Positions 1 through 64,000 of a DNA stretch of 64,000 nt are shown here, one piece after another (the first letter of the stretch is position 1; every line of letters begins with the position of its first letter). A model generated the notes under the pieces. It made no database searches, was not told the origin of the DNA, and saw nothing but the letters and a program-made list of their open reading frames with translations. Origin of the DNA: Eledone cirrhosa (Eukaryota); contig OZ024754.1 in NCBI GenBank assembly GCA_964016885.1, positions 35,092,001-35,156,000 of the forward strand, given 5' to 3'. The position numbers were made by a program, and so were the translations under genes.

Positions 1-2148
1 GAAGATATTAAAAGTAGGACTGTTTTGCATAGACTTTAGAAGGTAGTGGCTATGGAAGCAAAGGCAACAGTGAGTGCAGGAAAACAACCAGAAATTACAT
101 ACCATATGATATGCAGATATGCCTGGATGGTATAGCCTTATTAAAATTTAAGCAAAACATGCAGCATGAAGGTTTGCAAGAATCTAATTGATATTTTTAA
201 ACAAAACTAACAATTAACATATCTTCTATATAGATTTGCAACCATATTATTTAAAGGGAGTGGTGGTAGTTTACATACTTCCTAAAATGTATTGATAATT
301 GCTATATTTCATCCTAGATGTTATGGATTATGCTGATACCTGACCTATGATTTGAGTAGCAAATACATATATAAATTATATATATATGAATAATATATAT
401 ATATAAATACATATATAAATCATATATATGCAAATCATATACTGAACATGATTTGAGAGCAAAATGTTTTTTTTATAAATTAACAAGTGAAAATTCATAT
501 TGTTAATGTTAGTATGTCTTGAAATGATAAATAAAAAAAATAACTAACATACTTTAATTATTTAGAGATCAGAGAAATTAAAGTAAAATATATAAAGGAC
601 ATTTTGCTGCTATTAGATTTAACCACAAAGAGAGAATTAAGAAGTGTTATGTAATTTGCTTTTAAGGATAGTTATTTCAATATCTATCTGGGGAAATTTT
701 ATAGTTTATAGTTTCTCTTTTCCTTTTCAAATATTTCTCATCATAGTATAGCACAACCTATCTAGTGAAATAAACTGTGTTGGAATCAGCTTAAACCAAA
801 TTATAATAAATGACAATCAAAATACAGGTAGGTGCAGGTAGTTAAGATTTTGATGATTTCTAAACCAAAACAAAACAAAGTAACAAAAATTAAAACAACC
901 CTGAATGAAGCAGAATGGGAAATGTCCAAGAGACAGCAACTTATTCACATGATTTATTAATTACTATTATTATTGTTGCTATTATTTTCTAACGCCAGTA
1001 AAGAGCAATACAATGAGATACATAGGAGTGAAGACAGTCCCCTACAACGGTGATTTTGATGGTATTAACAACAACATTGGAATATAAACATTGAACAAAA
1101 ACAAATTTGCTAACTGTCAATACAGTGATAATGTGTCTGGTAGACAACACCTACCTCAGTAGAGGAGAGAGTGCCAAATCTTTTGATAATTCAAATATAC
1201 ACCTCAGTGGTACTTTGTATGATGTTGGCAGTGTCTATCGTCAGACAGAGTAGTTGACTAAGTCGGCAGTAATGGCAAACTGATCAGCAGCTCTACAAAC
1301 AATCAATGAAGCAATAAAGGATGGGACGGAGGGTATAATATGGTTTATTAAGGCAAAGTGGTCAAATAATGAAGGGCTTACAAGCTTTAATGATATTCAG
1401 TGTGGGCATTGCAGTATCTTTACACACAACCTCTGCATATTATGTGCAAAGTTCTTAGGCACAAGTTACCAGTGATAGAATCACTTCCTTTTAGAAACAG
1501 CAACAACAAAATACCGAGATAACCTTAGGACTTATGCAGTTTGTTTGAAGGAGAGTAGGGGATAGCTAGCTATTACATAGAAAGACAAATGCATTGATAA
1601 ATATTTTAACTTTTAGTTAAATTTAGCTACAGATAAATTAAAACTAATTATTAGAGACTAATTAGTATATCTCACCTTTAGGTCTAATATTTCAAATCAC
1701 AAAACCCCAAACTTTCTGTTTGACTTTAGATTTAACCCCCACCCAATTAAAACCTTTCTTATCTATGCATAAATAGTTACACATTATAGTTAAGTATAAT
1801 TAACAACTGAAAAAGCAGTTGCTAGTTGATGTTAAAATCATTAATTAACATTTAAAAAGAAATAAACTGTAGAATTTCAAAAATAAATAATTCATGGCAG
1901 TTAAATTAAAAATGTTGAAAAAAAAAATGGAAGTTTTACTAGATTTTAAATCAAGGAGCAAGTTGGTTTCTATCTGGATAAGGTGAACTATAAGAGGTAA
2001 AATAGATGTCCCTGTCTGAATGTTTGGTTCTATGGTCATCATATGTGTAAATATAACTTTATATTTCTCTAACTGGTATCTTTATAAATTTTATCTATAC
2101 ATTGATAACTTTTTGGAAATTCCTATTTTATTAATAGAATATAATAAT

Positions 2149-2483
2149 TTTGTTAATTGAAACCTCATTAACTATACTAATGAACCTAATTATGTTAATT
2201 AAAACTTTATTAACTATGCTAATAAACCTAATTATGTTAATTAAAACCTTATTAACTATGCTAATGAACCTAATTATGTTAATTAAAACCTTATTAACTA
2301 TGTTAATGAACCTAATTATGTTAATTAAAACCTTATTAACTATGTTAATGGACTTAATTATGTTAATTAAAACCTCATTAACTATACTAATGAACCTAAT
2401 TATGTTAATTGAAACCTCATTAACTATGCTGATGAACCTGATTATATTAATTGAAACCTCAGTAATTATACTAATGAACCTAA
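2149..2483. repeat. 42-bp minisatellite, ~8 copies
   Basis: Unit tgttaattaaaaccttattaactatgctaatgaacctaatta. Confidence 0.9.
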
Positions 2484-3322
2484 GTAGGTTAAACCCTGTT
2501 AACATTAAACATTATCTTCATCTTTAGCAAAAAAAAACAAAAAAAAAACAACAGTAAACAAACGAATGAATAAAGTTTAGTTTTAAAATGTATTCTTTGT
2601 TCAACAATAAATGGCAGGTTTAATATAATTTTATGATTTCACTGATTACTATAAAAATATACTAATTTAAACTGCTATATCATTCACCATCATTTTACGT
2701 CCGCCTTTCCGTTCTTTATTTGACTTAGCTAATGCTTAAAAATGTTCAGGATGTATCAATAAGACTTCGCAATGCCAAATTCTGAGCTATTCAAATCTGT
2801 TATGATGTTAAGCAGATGTAAGGAGAAAAATAAAATATGGACAAATCAAACTCAAAATTGTTTAGAATCATCCAAAATATTTTTGCAGTTTGACTTCTAT
2901 ACAGAAATGTAATTTTTTTTTATTCTCATTCTCTTTATCTCTCTCCCTTTAATTAATTTCAAATTTTCCCTCTTTTAAAAAAAAAATTTTTTTTCAAAGT
3001 AAAAATAAATAACGAGAGGGAGTGAAGTGTTTCTGTAAGCTATTAGAAAAAGAGTACAGCTTTATACGATGAAGAAAGGGAGTAACTCAAAATATCTTGA
3101 TGCACCTGAATCGGAACCATATTTTTGGACTACTTAAAAATCAATGGGAATAGAGAATACTATGGAATAAGAGAAACAATGTGTTATGTGTATGTATGTG
3201 TGTACAATAATAGTAAAATTGACAACAATGAAGGATATTTCAAGTTCAATTCTGTGTAAATAAGACAGGAAAAAAATTTAGAGAAACAAAAGAAAAAAAA
3301 AAACAGTCTTTAACAAAAATGC

Positions 3323-3384
<62 letters not shown>

Positions 3385-3388
3385 TAAC

Positions 3389-3419
<31 letters not shown>

Positions 3420-3859
3420 TAATGATAATAGTAATAATAATGATATAACAACAGTATATTGGTAGTACTTGTAATAGTAGTAATGGTAGAAATAGTAGTT
3501 AGTAGCAATAGTTGTTGTTGTTGTTGTCATAATATTGGCAATATTGAAGAACTTTTAAGTTGTTCTTTCATTTGAAATCAATTCCTTTGAAACTGACAAA
3601 GTATGAGTGAGTGAATTGAAAACATGAAAGTGTGTATACAACTTTGTTATAGTTTTTTTCAGGAGTTGGGGTTAGGGGGTTTCTTTAGAATAAAGACATT
3701 GAATTCTTGCACAACCAGACAAAAAACAGTAATCCAAATTGCAAGTACAAATGACCAAAAACAGAAAAAACAAATAATAAAACATTAAGTAAAAAATATT
3801 CATGTCAGAATTAAATTAATATAACAATTTCTCAAAAAGGGTAAATATTGTAGCGTAAT

Positions 3860-5280
<1,421 letters not shown>

Positions 5281-8192
5281 AGGAACAGATAATGGATTTG
5301 AATATTGTTGCTAGGAGCTGCATGAGAGGCTGAGTAAAACAATCAAGAAGAATTGAGCTTTAATTAATTAATTAATATAATAATAATAATTATTTTTGTT
5401 GTTATATTAACATTGTTGCTTTTACTAGTATTATTGTTATTGTTGCTGTTGTTTTATCATAACTTACATAGTTTAAGTAGAAGTAGTAGTAGTTGTAATA
5501 GTAGTAGAATTAGTAGTAGTAGTACATCATGCATGGAGGGTGGGATGGGCAAGGGCAGAAGAGATGGCACAGAAGTGAGGACCATGTGTTGCTCGTTCCC
5601 CTCCTTCACTCTCCCAGCTCCTTACCCAAATGTCTGCTCACTCTTTCATTGTAAATATTTTTCACGTGGTGTATTTTATTTTAAATAGTATTATTTTTTT
5701 TTTTTACATCTACTATATTTAGCTATCCTTCCATTTGTTTTTTTTGCTGTTGTTAGATAATAAGAAGCTTCATACATACCCTTGAATATGCCAGCAAATA
5801 CAAAAAAATATATAATTATATATATGTGTATATATATATATATATATTTTCTTTTTGTGAAAAAAAAATTTGAAAAAAATTAGAGATAGAAGTAAAAAGA
5901 AAATGACTCATTGCAAAAAATTAGCTTAATGCAGGGATCAGCCTACTCAAAAAGCAAATACTAGCCAAAGGCACGACAGCAAAGAACCTAGGAAGAAGCA
6001 GTACGCATGGCTAAGGACATTGTTTTGAGTAGTACTGAAAGAATTGCTCAAGGTTAGTTATGTTTTAAGACATTAAGAACTGGTAAATTCAATGAAAGAT
6101 AGCAGCATTGTAATTATGAACCCAGAGAAAGATCAATTCTACAGTTGCTATTGTATTTAGTGAATATACAATCTGTTGGAATTCTTGCATAACAGTAAAT
6201 AATTTGAATATTGATTCATAGATATAGATATTGTTTTACTCTCTCCAATATGAAGTTGCATGGAATATTAAAGTGTTCCGTTTGGTTTTTTGTACTCTCA
6301 TATGATCTCTACCTTTACACTCACACATTCTCCTTTATGTCTTTAGTTTTGTAGGTTAATAATGTTTTCAAAGTTTTATATATCAAGATTGCGATTTAGA
6401 TATTTTACTTTCTGTTAGACCAGCAAAGTATTGATCATATGGTAACTGTCATATTCCTGAGTCATTTATTATATAGTAACCATTATTGCAATGGTCTGTA
6501 AGCATATATAGAGTTACCATCTATTTGAAGGCATCTATCATATGGTAATTGTCATAGCCGTGGAGGGGTTATTTGGTAGAACAGAAACAATTAAGTTCCT
6601 GTTGGTAATCATGTTTATCCAGTAATATTATTATCATTAAGAAACCAATGACCCCTTTAGAATAGTTTCAATTCTATTTGTCACTCTCTGATTATGTCTT
6701 ATACTTTTTAAAAGCATTCACTTATCTCGACTCCGCGGAGCTATTTCTCTTTGTCACTCCCGTTGCAATATGTATTTCTCATTTTGGTTGAATAACATCT
6801 ATCATGCACTTTGAATGCATCTTTTAAAATTCTTTTGTGAACTTTCTTATCTCTAAAGCTTCTAAAAGATATGAATCATAGACATACACAAAACACTAAT
6901 ATCTTTCATTCTTTTTCCAATATATTCATTAATGGCTGAATTATCTTCATTGTAAAATATTCCATTTTGTTTTTGTTTTGTATGGATTTTTATTTTATTT
7001 TCAGATCTCGAAATTATTTGAGAGGAAATTCTCCATCTTTATCTTTGAATTTTTGTGTTTCTTCAACTTTTGAACAGCAGGAAACATTTGGCAAGGAACT
7101 CTGCTCCGATACATAAGTTGGTCATAAACAATTACAAAAATTCATCTGTATTCAATATAAAATTGAATAGCTTAGGTTGATCACTCATTTGCAGAAGATT
7201 TCTTTTAAATCTTCCTTACATCAGAACATTTTTACAATACCTCTATGTCACAGACTCACCAGATTAATGTCTTAATTTCATATACAGTTTGTAATATGTA
7301 ACACAACAACCAATGAAAGAAGATTGTATTGAGCTATTTCAGCATGAGGACAAAAAGCAGGGATTTGGAATTTTTGGCGAATCATATACAGTGTATGGAA
7401 TTTGGCTACCCCAATACGGACTACTTATAATGTAGCAATTAAATATGTAATTATTCTGAGTATGCGATAAAAATTCAAATGCAATATCCATGAAATTCGA
7501 TTCATTTTTATGAAATGTAAAACGAGTTTGCATTATATGAACGTGTCAATTGAAATGAATATATTTCATGGGATTCTTTGAATAAATAGCAGAGAATTCT
7601 TTAAATTTGACATTTAAAAAATTCAAATTTACTCTTCTACAATAAACAATTTCCGTAGTTTCTAAATTCTTAATTAGTGTGTTTAATTACTTACAACATT
7701 TAAACATTTAACATTATAACACAAATATAGTACATATAAAAGCATGCATGTACTCTTTCTCTCTCTCACACATAACTAGGTTTTCCTTACATTTTTATGT
7801 ATTTTAGAATAACTTTAATGTGGGCAAATTTAAATCTTAATTCTTTTGCTCATCAAATATTCATAACTAATATTTCTTCCAAGTTAATTCTCAAGAGATT
7901 CTTTTAGATTTTGGAGAAAATCTTGTGAACAAAACATTGAAATAAATATATTGATAATATACATAAGTTCATACACACACACATACACACACAGAGAGAC
8001 ATGTAAATATATATACACCCTCACACGCACACATATTCTGTATATAATATATATATATATGTGTATACATATATGTATTATATATATATATATTTATATA
8101 TATATATACATATATATTTGTGTATATATATATATATATATATAAGTATTTGTGTGTATATATATATATGTTTGTGTATATATATATATGTT

Positions 8193-8235
<43 letters not shown>

Positions 8236-10670
8236 GTATACATATATGTTTGTGTGTATATATATATACGGCTATATTTCACGGAAATATTTTTTCGTAG
8301 TTTTGTATTGTTTCAAGATCTGTAACTTAGTTTTAGAAATTTCAACTAAGTTTAAGATCTTGCATTCATTAAATTTCTAAATTAGTTACATGTGTTTTAG
8401 GTACTAATATCTCATACTCGCGGGGCAGACTGGTTGGCCGATCAGAAGTACCAACCAGTGATGAGGTAGCCAAACCCCACCAAGCTTTTGCTAGGGAGGA
8501 ATTTACTCAGATGAAACACTGAGCCTATATAATGTATAATATGGGTCTTTGAATGTAGGCGAACAATATGGGTCGTCAGATGCAGGCAACAATAGGGTCT
8601 TCAAATGTAAAGCAGTAAGTTTTTTTTAAAGTTAGCAAGCAAAGCACTTTCCAATAATAACATACACAAAATTGACTTGGGTAGAAGAAAAAATAAGTGG
8701 AAGACAGAAAGCTAAATACTAACAATGACAAAAATTGCAAGATAAAATATAGGCCTTAGAAAAATGGCATCTTATCGTTTTTTCTTTTTCTTTTTCTTTT
8801 TTTTTTGCATGTGTATTTCACTGAAATAGTTTGTTAAAACACAAATTAACTCTGGCTAGTTTGTCATGAAAATCATACAAGCAAGCAGATTAGTTTTTTT
8901 TTTAACCTTTTTTTCATTTTTTCATTTGTTAAAATTCCCTACCAGAGAAGTGATTATTTCTCTATCATTATCTTCCTTGAAGTGCAAACTGGCAGTTAAA
9001 AGTTTTAAGGAGAATACTTTTGATGTAAAAAAAAAGGTCTAGTAATGTAGAATAACTGCCAATATATAGTTGGCTTATTATCTATGCATAAATATGCTAT
9101 CATACATAACACACACATTTATATATGTGTATGTATGTGCATGAGTTAAGGATACATACTCACATTATAAGCAAATATATGTGTGCATATATGCATATTT
9201 CTTTCCTTTTATGGTAACAGTTAATTTGGCAGGGATGTTTTTATTTTTTTTTTTTTTATTTTCAAGATAAATGTAAAATCTGGACATTGTCAAAGATATA
9301 ATAGAAAGGTGTTATGCTACAATATAGAAAATGTTTAAGAAACTTTTTTGCTGATATTAAAAAAAAGTTTTTAACTTTAATTAAGTAGCATTGTTTTAAA
9401 ATATGTTTGTTTACCAAGCCAGAGTAGATTAGGAAAAAAACAAATTATTTTCATGCAGCATAAGCAAAGATTATTCAAATAAACTTAGTTATTTAATCAT
9501 TCGGAATTAGAAGAAGTATATAGATATATATATTTATATTTTTATATATATATATATGTATATATATATATTTATACAGACAAATACATATGCTTTTTTT
9601 TTGGTTAACCACGTGAAGAACCTATTACAATGATAGTGAGCAGACTGAGTGCTTTAATGAGATAAAAAATCTCAGTATATTGTTTGTTAATATGTTTGGG
9701 AAAAAAAATTGTATTTTTTTTGTCCCAGATCAAAAGAGATGCTCAGAAAGTGACTGTTCAGAGAAGGCCGCCTGTACAAGCCATCATGAGCATATTTCGT
9801 CACCAGGTATGCATGCGGAAAAAAATAACATAGAAGAAAATATAACAAAAAAAAAAAAATGCAGTGATGAGCTGTCAGGTTTAAAAGATGATAAATTTGC
9901 ATTTTTAAATAAAAAAAAAAGAACCCTCCCCCACTTTTTTTGAAAAAAAAAATCAACAAAGCTTGAAAGACTTTATAAAAGCAAATGCTGTCGAGCTGGC
10001 ACTGCGCTGTTCAGGTCAGGTCAGCTCGTCATATATGAAGAAAGCACAGCCGGCTGTTATCGCAACCATTCTTAGTTCTTCCGTATCCCTCCACTGAGTT
10101 CCTGCTTTTTCTCATCCTCATCCTCCTACTCCCAGTGCAGTGGTTTTATTTCCTTTTTTTTTTAAAAAGTAATTGTCTTTTTTTTTAAATTTATAATGGA
10201 GCTGCTTGTTCTGTATTCTTTCCACACCTTTTCTTTCTCACCCCTAGCACCCTCAAACTGCTCAGAAAGGACAGCCTCTCCAAGTTTGCTTTGGAGAGAT
10301 TTTCTTTTAATTTTTTTCTTTTTCTTTCCATTCTTCTGCTGTTGTCCAATAGTGTTGCAGATGTGGAATTAGGTAGAAAGATACTGAGCAGGTGCTTGGA
10401 CTTAAAATATATATATATATATATTTTATATGTATATATATATGTATATATATATATGTGAGTATATATATATATGTATGTATGTATTTATACATGCATA
10501 CACACGCACACACATACGCACATATGCAAATATCTGTGTGTGTGTATATATATATAATATATATATGTGTGTGTGTGTGTATATATATATATATTTATAT
10601 ATATATATGTATATATATATGTTGCTTACAAAGTCTGTAAGCTGTTGTTATAAATATGAAAAGCACTGCT

Positions 10671-61308
<50,638 letters not shown>

Positions 61309-61438
61309 CTAAAATGGTGGATGTAATGAAATAGAGAGAAAAACGATTAACAAAACCAATTAAGACAATGGGAGTGATTTGCAATCAACACCTATAATGA
61401 ATCAGCCCAAATCACTCAATAGTTTATATATGTATATA

Positions 61439-61497
<59 letters not shown>

Positions 61498-61726
61498 GCA
61501 TATATATATGCATATATATATATATGTATATATCTATATATATATATATGTATATATATATGTATATATATGTATATTATATATATGTGTATTATATATA
61601 TGTATATTATATATATGTATATTATATATATGTATATTATATATATATGTATATTATATATATGTATGTATATATGTATATTATATATATGTATATATAT
61701 ATATATATATATATGTGTATATTATA

Positions 61727-61775
<49 letters not shown>

Positions 61776-62246
61776 AGGGAGAAAATCGATTAAAGATGCA
61801 TATGACTTTTTCAATTCAAATTACAAGGAAATTCAAATTATTTCTGGCATGTTTACATGCATACATATTAGATATGTGTCTATATTTACACATGTTGGTG
61901 CAATCTCAGTTACCAACAGATATAACTTTATATATAATATATATATATATTATATATATCATTAATATATATATATATATAATATATATATATATATATA
62001 ATATATTATATATTATATATATAATATATAATATATATATATATATATCATTAATATATATTTATATATATATATATATTATATTATATATATCATTAAT
62101 ATATTATATATATATATATATATTATATTATATATATCATTAATATATTATATATATATATATATAAATTATATTATATCATTAATATATTATATATATA
62201 TATATAAATTATATTATATATATCATTAATATATTATATATATATA

Positions 62247-62606
62247 TAATTATTATAAAATAACAGGAGGCTGGACTGGTGTAATTCCTTAAAGGTTTAT
62301 TATACTATGAACATTTCAATGACCGGGTTCAGTATGAATCCGGTGACATCATCAGGTATTCAAAATTTAACAAAGGATTATAATTTAGCAGCTTCTAGTG
62401 AGGTCGACCTGACTAGAAGCTGCTAAATGTGTGGCCGCCTTCTTGTCTCTGCCTTTTCAGCCCTATGGATTATATTCCTTTGTTAAATTTCGAATACCCG
62501 ATGATGTCACCGGATTCATACTGAACCCGGTCATTGAAATGTTCATAGTAGAATAAACCTTTAAGGAATTACACCAGTCCAGCCTCCTGTTATTTTATAA
62601 TAATTA
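62247..62606. repeat. Fold-back palindrome, ~138-bp arms, with an inner 46-bp hairpin at 62383-62428
   Basis: 62247-62384 pairs with 62469-62606. Confidence 0.9.
62302..62359 (-). ncRNA. Type I hammerhead ribozyme motif in left arm of palindrome 62247-62606
   Basis: Minus strand: ATAC CTGATGA tgtcaccggattca-tac-tgaacccggtcatt GAAA tgttca TA GTAT. The plus-strand mirror copy has CCGATGA. Confidence 0.7.
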
Positions 62607-64000
62607 ACTCCATACTCGTACCACGAACAACACAAACGAAGATGGGTGAGTTGTATTACGTAGAGTGCTCTCCCTAATATTACATTGAGGTTGACCATAC
62701 GGAATGACCAGTTCTATCCAGTGGTGAACCAACAAACCTAAATGAATATACATATATTATATATATATATATATTGTGTATATATATATATATTATATAT
62801 ATATATTGTGTATATATATATATATATATATATTGTGTATATATATATATATTATATATATATATATTGTGTATATATATATATTATATATATATTGTGT
62901 ATATATATATATTGTGTATATATATATATTATATATATATATATATATTGTATATATATATATATTGTGTATATATATATTATATATATATATATATATT
63001 GTGTATATATATATATTATATATATATATATTGTGTATATATATATATTGTGTATATATATTATATATATATATATATATATATTGTGTATATATATATT
63101 GTGTATATATATATATTGTGTATATATATATATTATATATATATATATTGTGTATATATATATATATTATATATATATATATTGTGTATTTATATATATT
63201 ATATTTATATATATATATAAATATATATATATTATATTATATCATTAATATATTATATATATATATATTATATTATATAATTAATATATTATATATATAT
63301 ATATAATATATATATATGATATAATATATATGTAATATATATACTATATTATATCATTAATATATTATATATATATATATATATGATATAATATATATAT
63401 AATATATATATATAATATATATATATAATATATATATAATATATATATATCATTTATATATATTATATATATCATAAATACATATTTTTGTGCGTGTGTA
63501 TATATATATATACACACACACACTCATATGTGTGTGTTTGTGAAATTGCTTGAAGTAGTCGAGCTCTTTACTTTAATAACATTTTTGTTTTCTTCTACAT
63601 TGCGGGTTGAAATATTTTGCCAGAGTTTCCTTTGATTTCATCATTACAGCATTGAATAAAATAAGTACCAATTAGTTGACTTTTAATTGAGTGGAGAATG
63701 AATTTGTGACTTCATTCAAATATCATCATCATCAACAACATCATTATCAATTTTATCTGTTGAATGCTCTTTCTGGTGCCATTCCTTATTTTTCTTTTGC
63801 AAATGTTACATATTTAATTACTAATTAGTGGGATTTCTGCTTATGTAGGACATTAACTAACATGACTGGCTGTGAAGAGAAGAGACAAACACAGGCACAC
63901 CATCACATGGCACGTTTTCTTACACGGTATTTGTCTTCCAATTTCACTGATAATGCAATAACCATTATGATAATGATGATGATGATTATTTTCGATATTG

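Noticed and set aside
6500-7560. Higher-complexity stretch that might be a decayed coding or transposon sequence
   Set aside because: No long ORF or recognisable motif; cannot be assigned without a database search.

Overview
AT-rich, microsatellite-rich animal genomic DNA. The repeat landscape and protein sequence point to an octopus or other coleoid cephalopod (inference). The window holds the 3' two-thirds of a voltage-gated sodium channel alpha-subunit gene (Nav1/para type) on the minus strand. I traced 16 coding exons by hand from the DI-DII linker (61308) to the stop codon (10671), with consistent splice phases, an x-E-K-A selectivity filter, the MFMT inactivation motif and IQ and PPSY motifs. 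One intron has a GC-AG donor and one acceptor is tandemly duplicated. About 10 kb of nearly transposon-free sequence follows the stop (probable long 3' UTR). The introns carry about 20 tRNA-derived SINEs, TTAA-flanked (piggyBac-type), hAT and Tc1/mariner-type MITEs, Tx1, RTE, CR1 and CRE LINE fragments, and minisatellites. The most unusual signal is a dispersed set of about 15 short non-coding elements that sit beside (TA)n tracts and carry type I hammerhead-ribozyme motifs (CTGANGA-stem II-GAAA-stem III-NUH). They resemble Penelope-like or retrozyme-like elements. Seven form 70-200 bp fold-back palindromes that place an antisense copy ahead of the ribozyme, and a related hairpin element has captured a (TTAGGG)7 telomeric array. 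All calls were read by eye, with no folding or database search.
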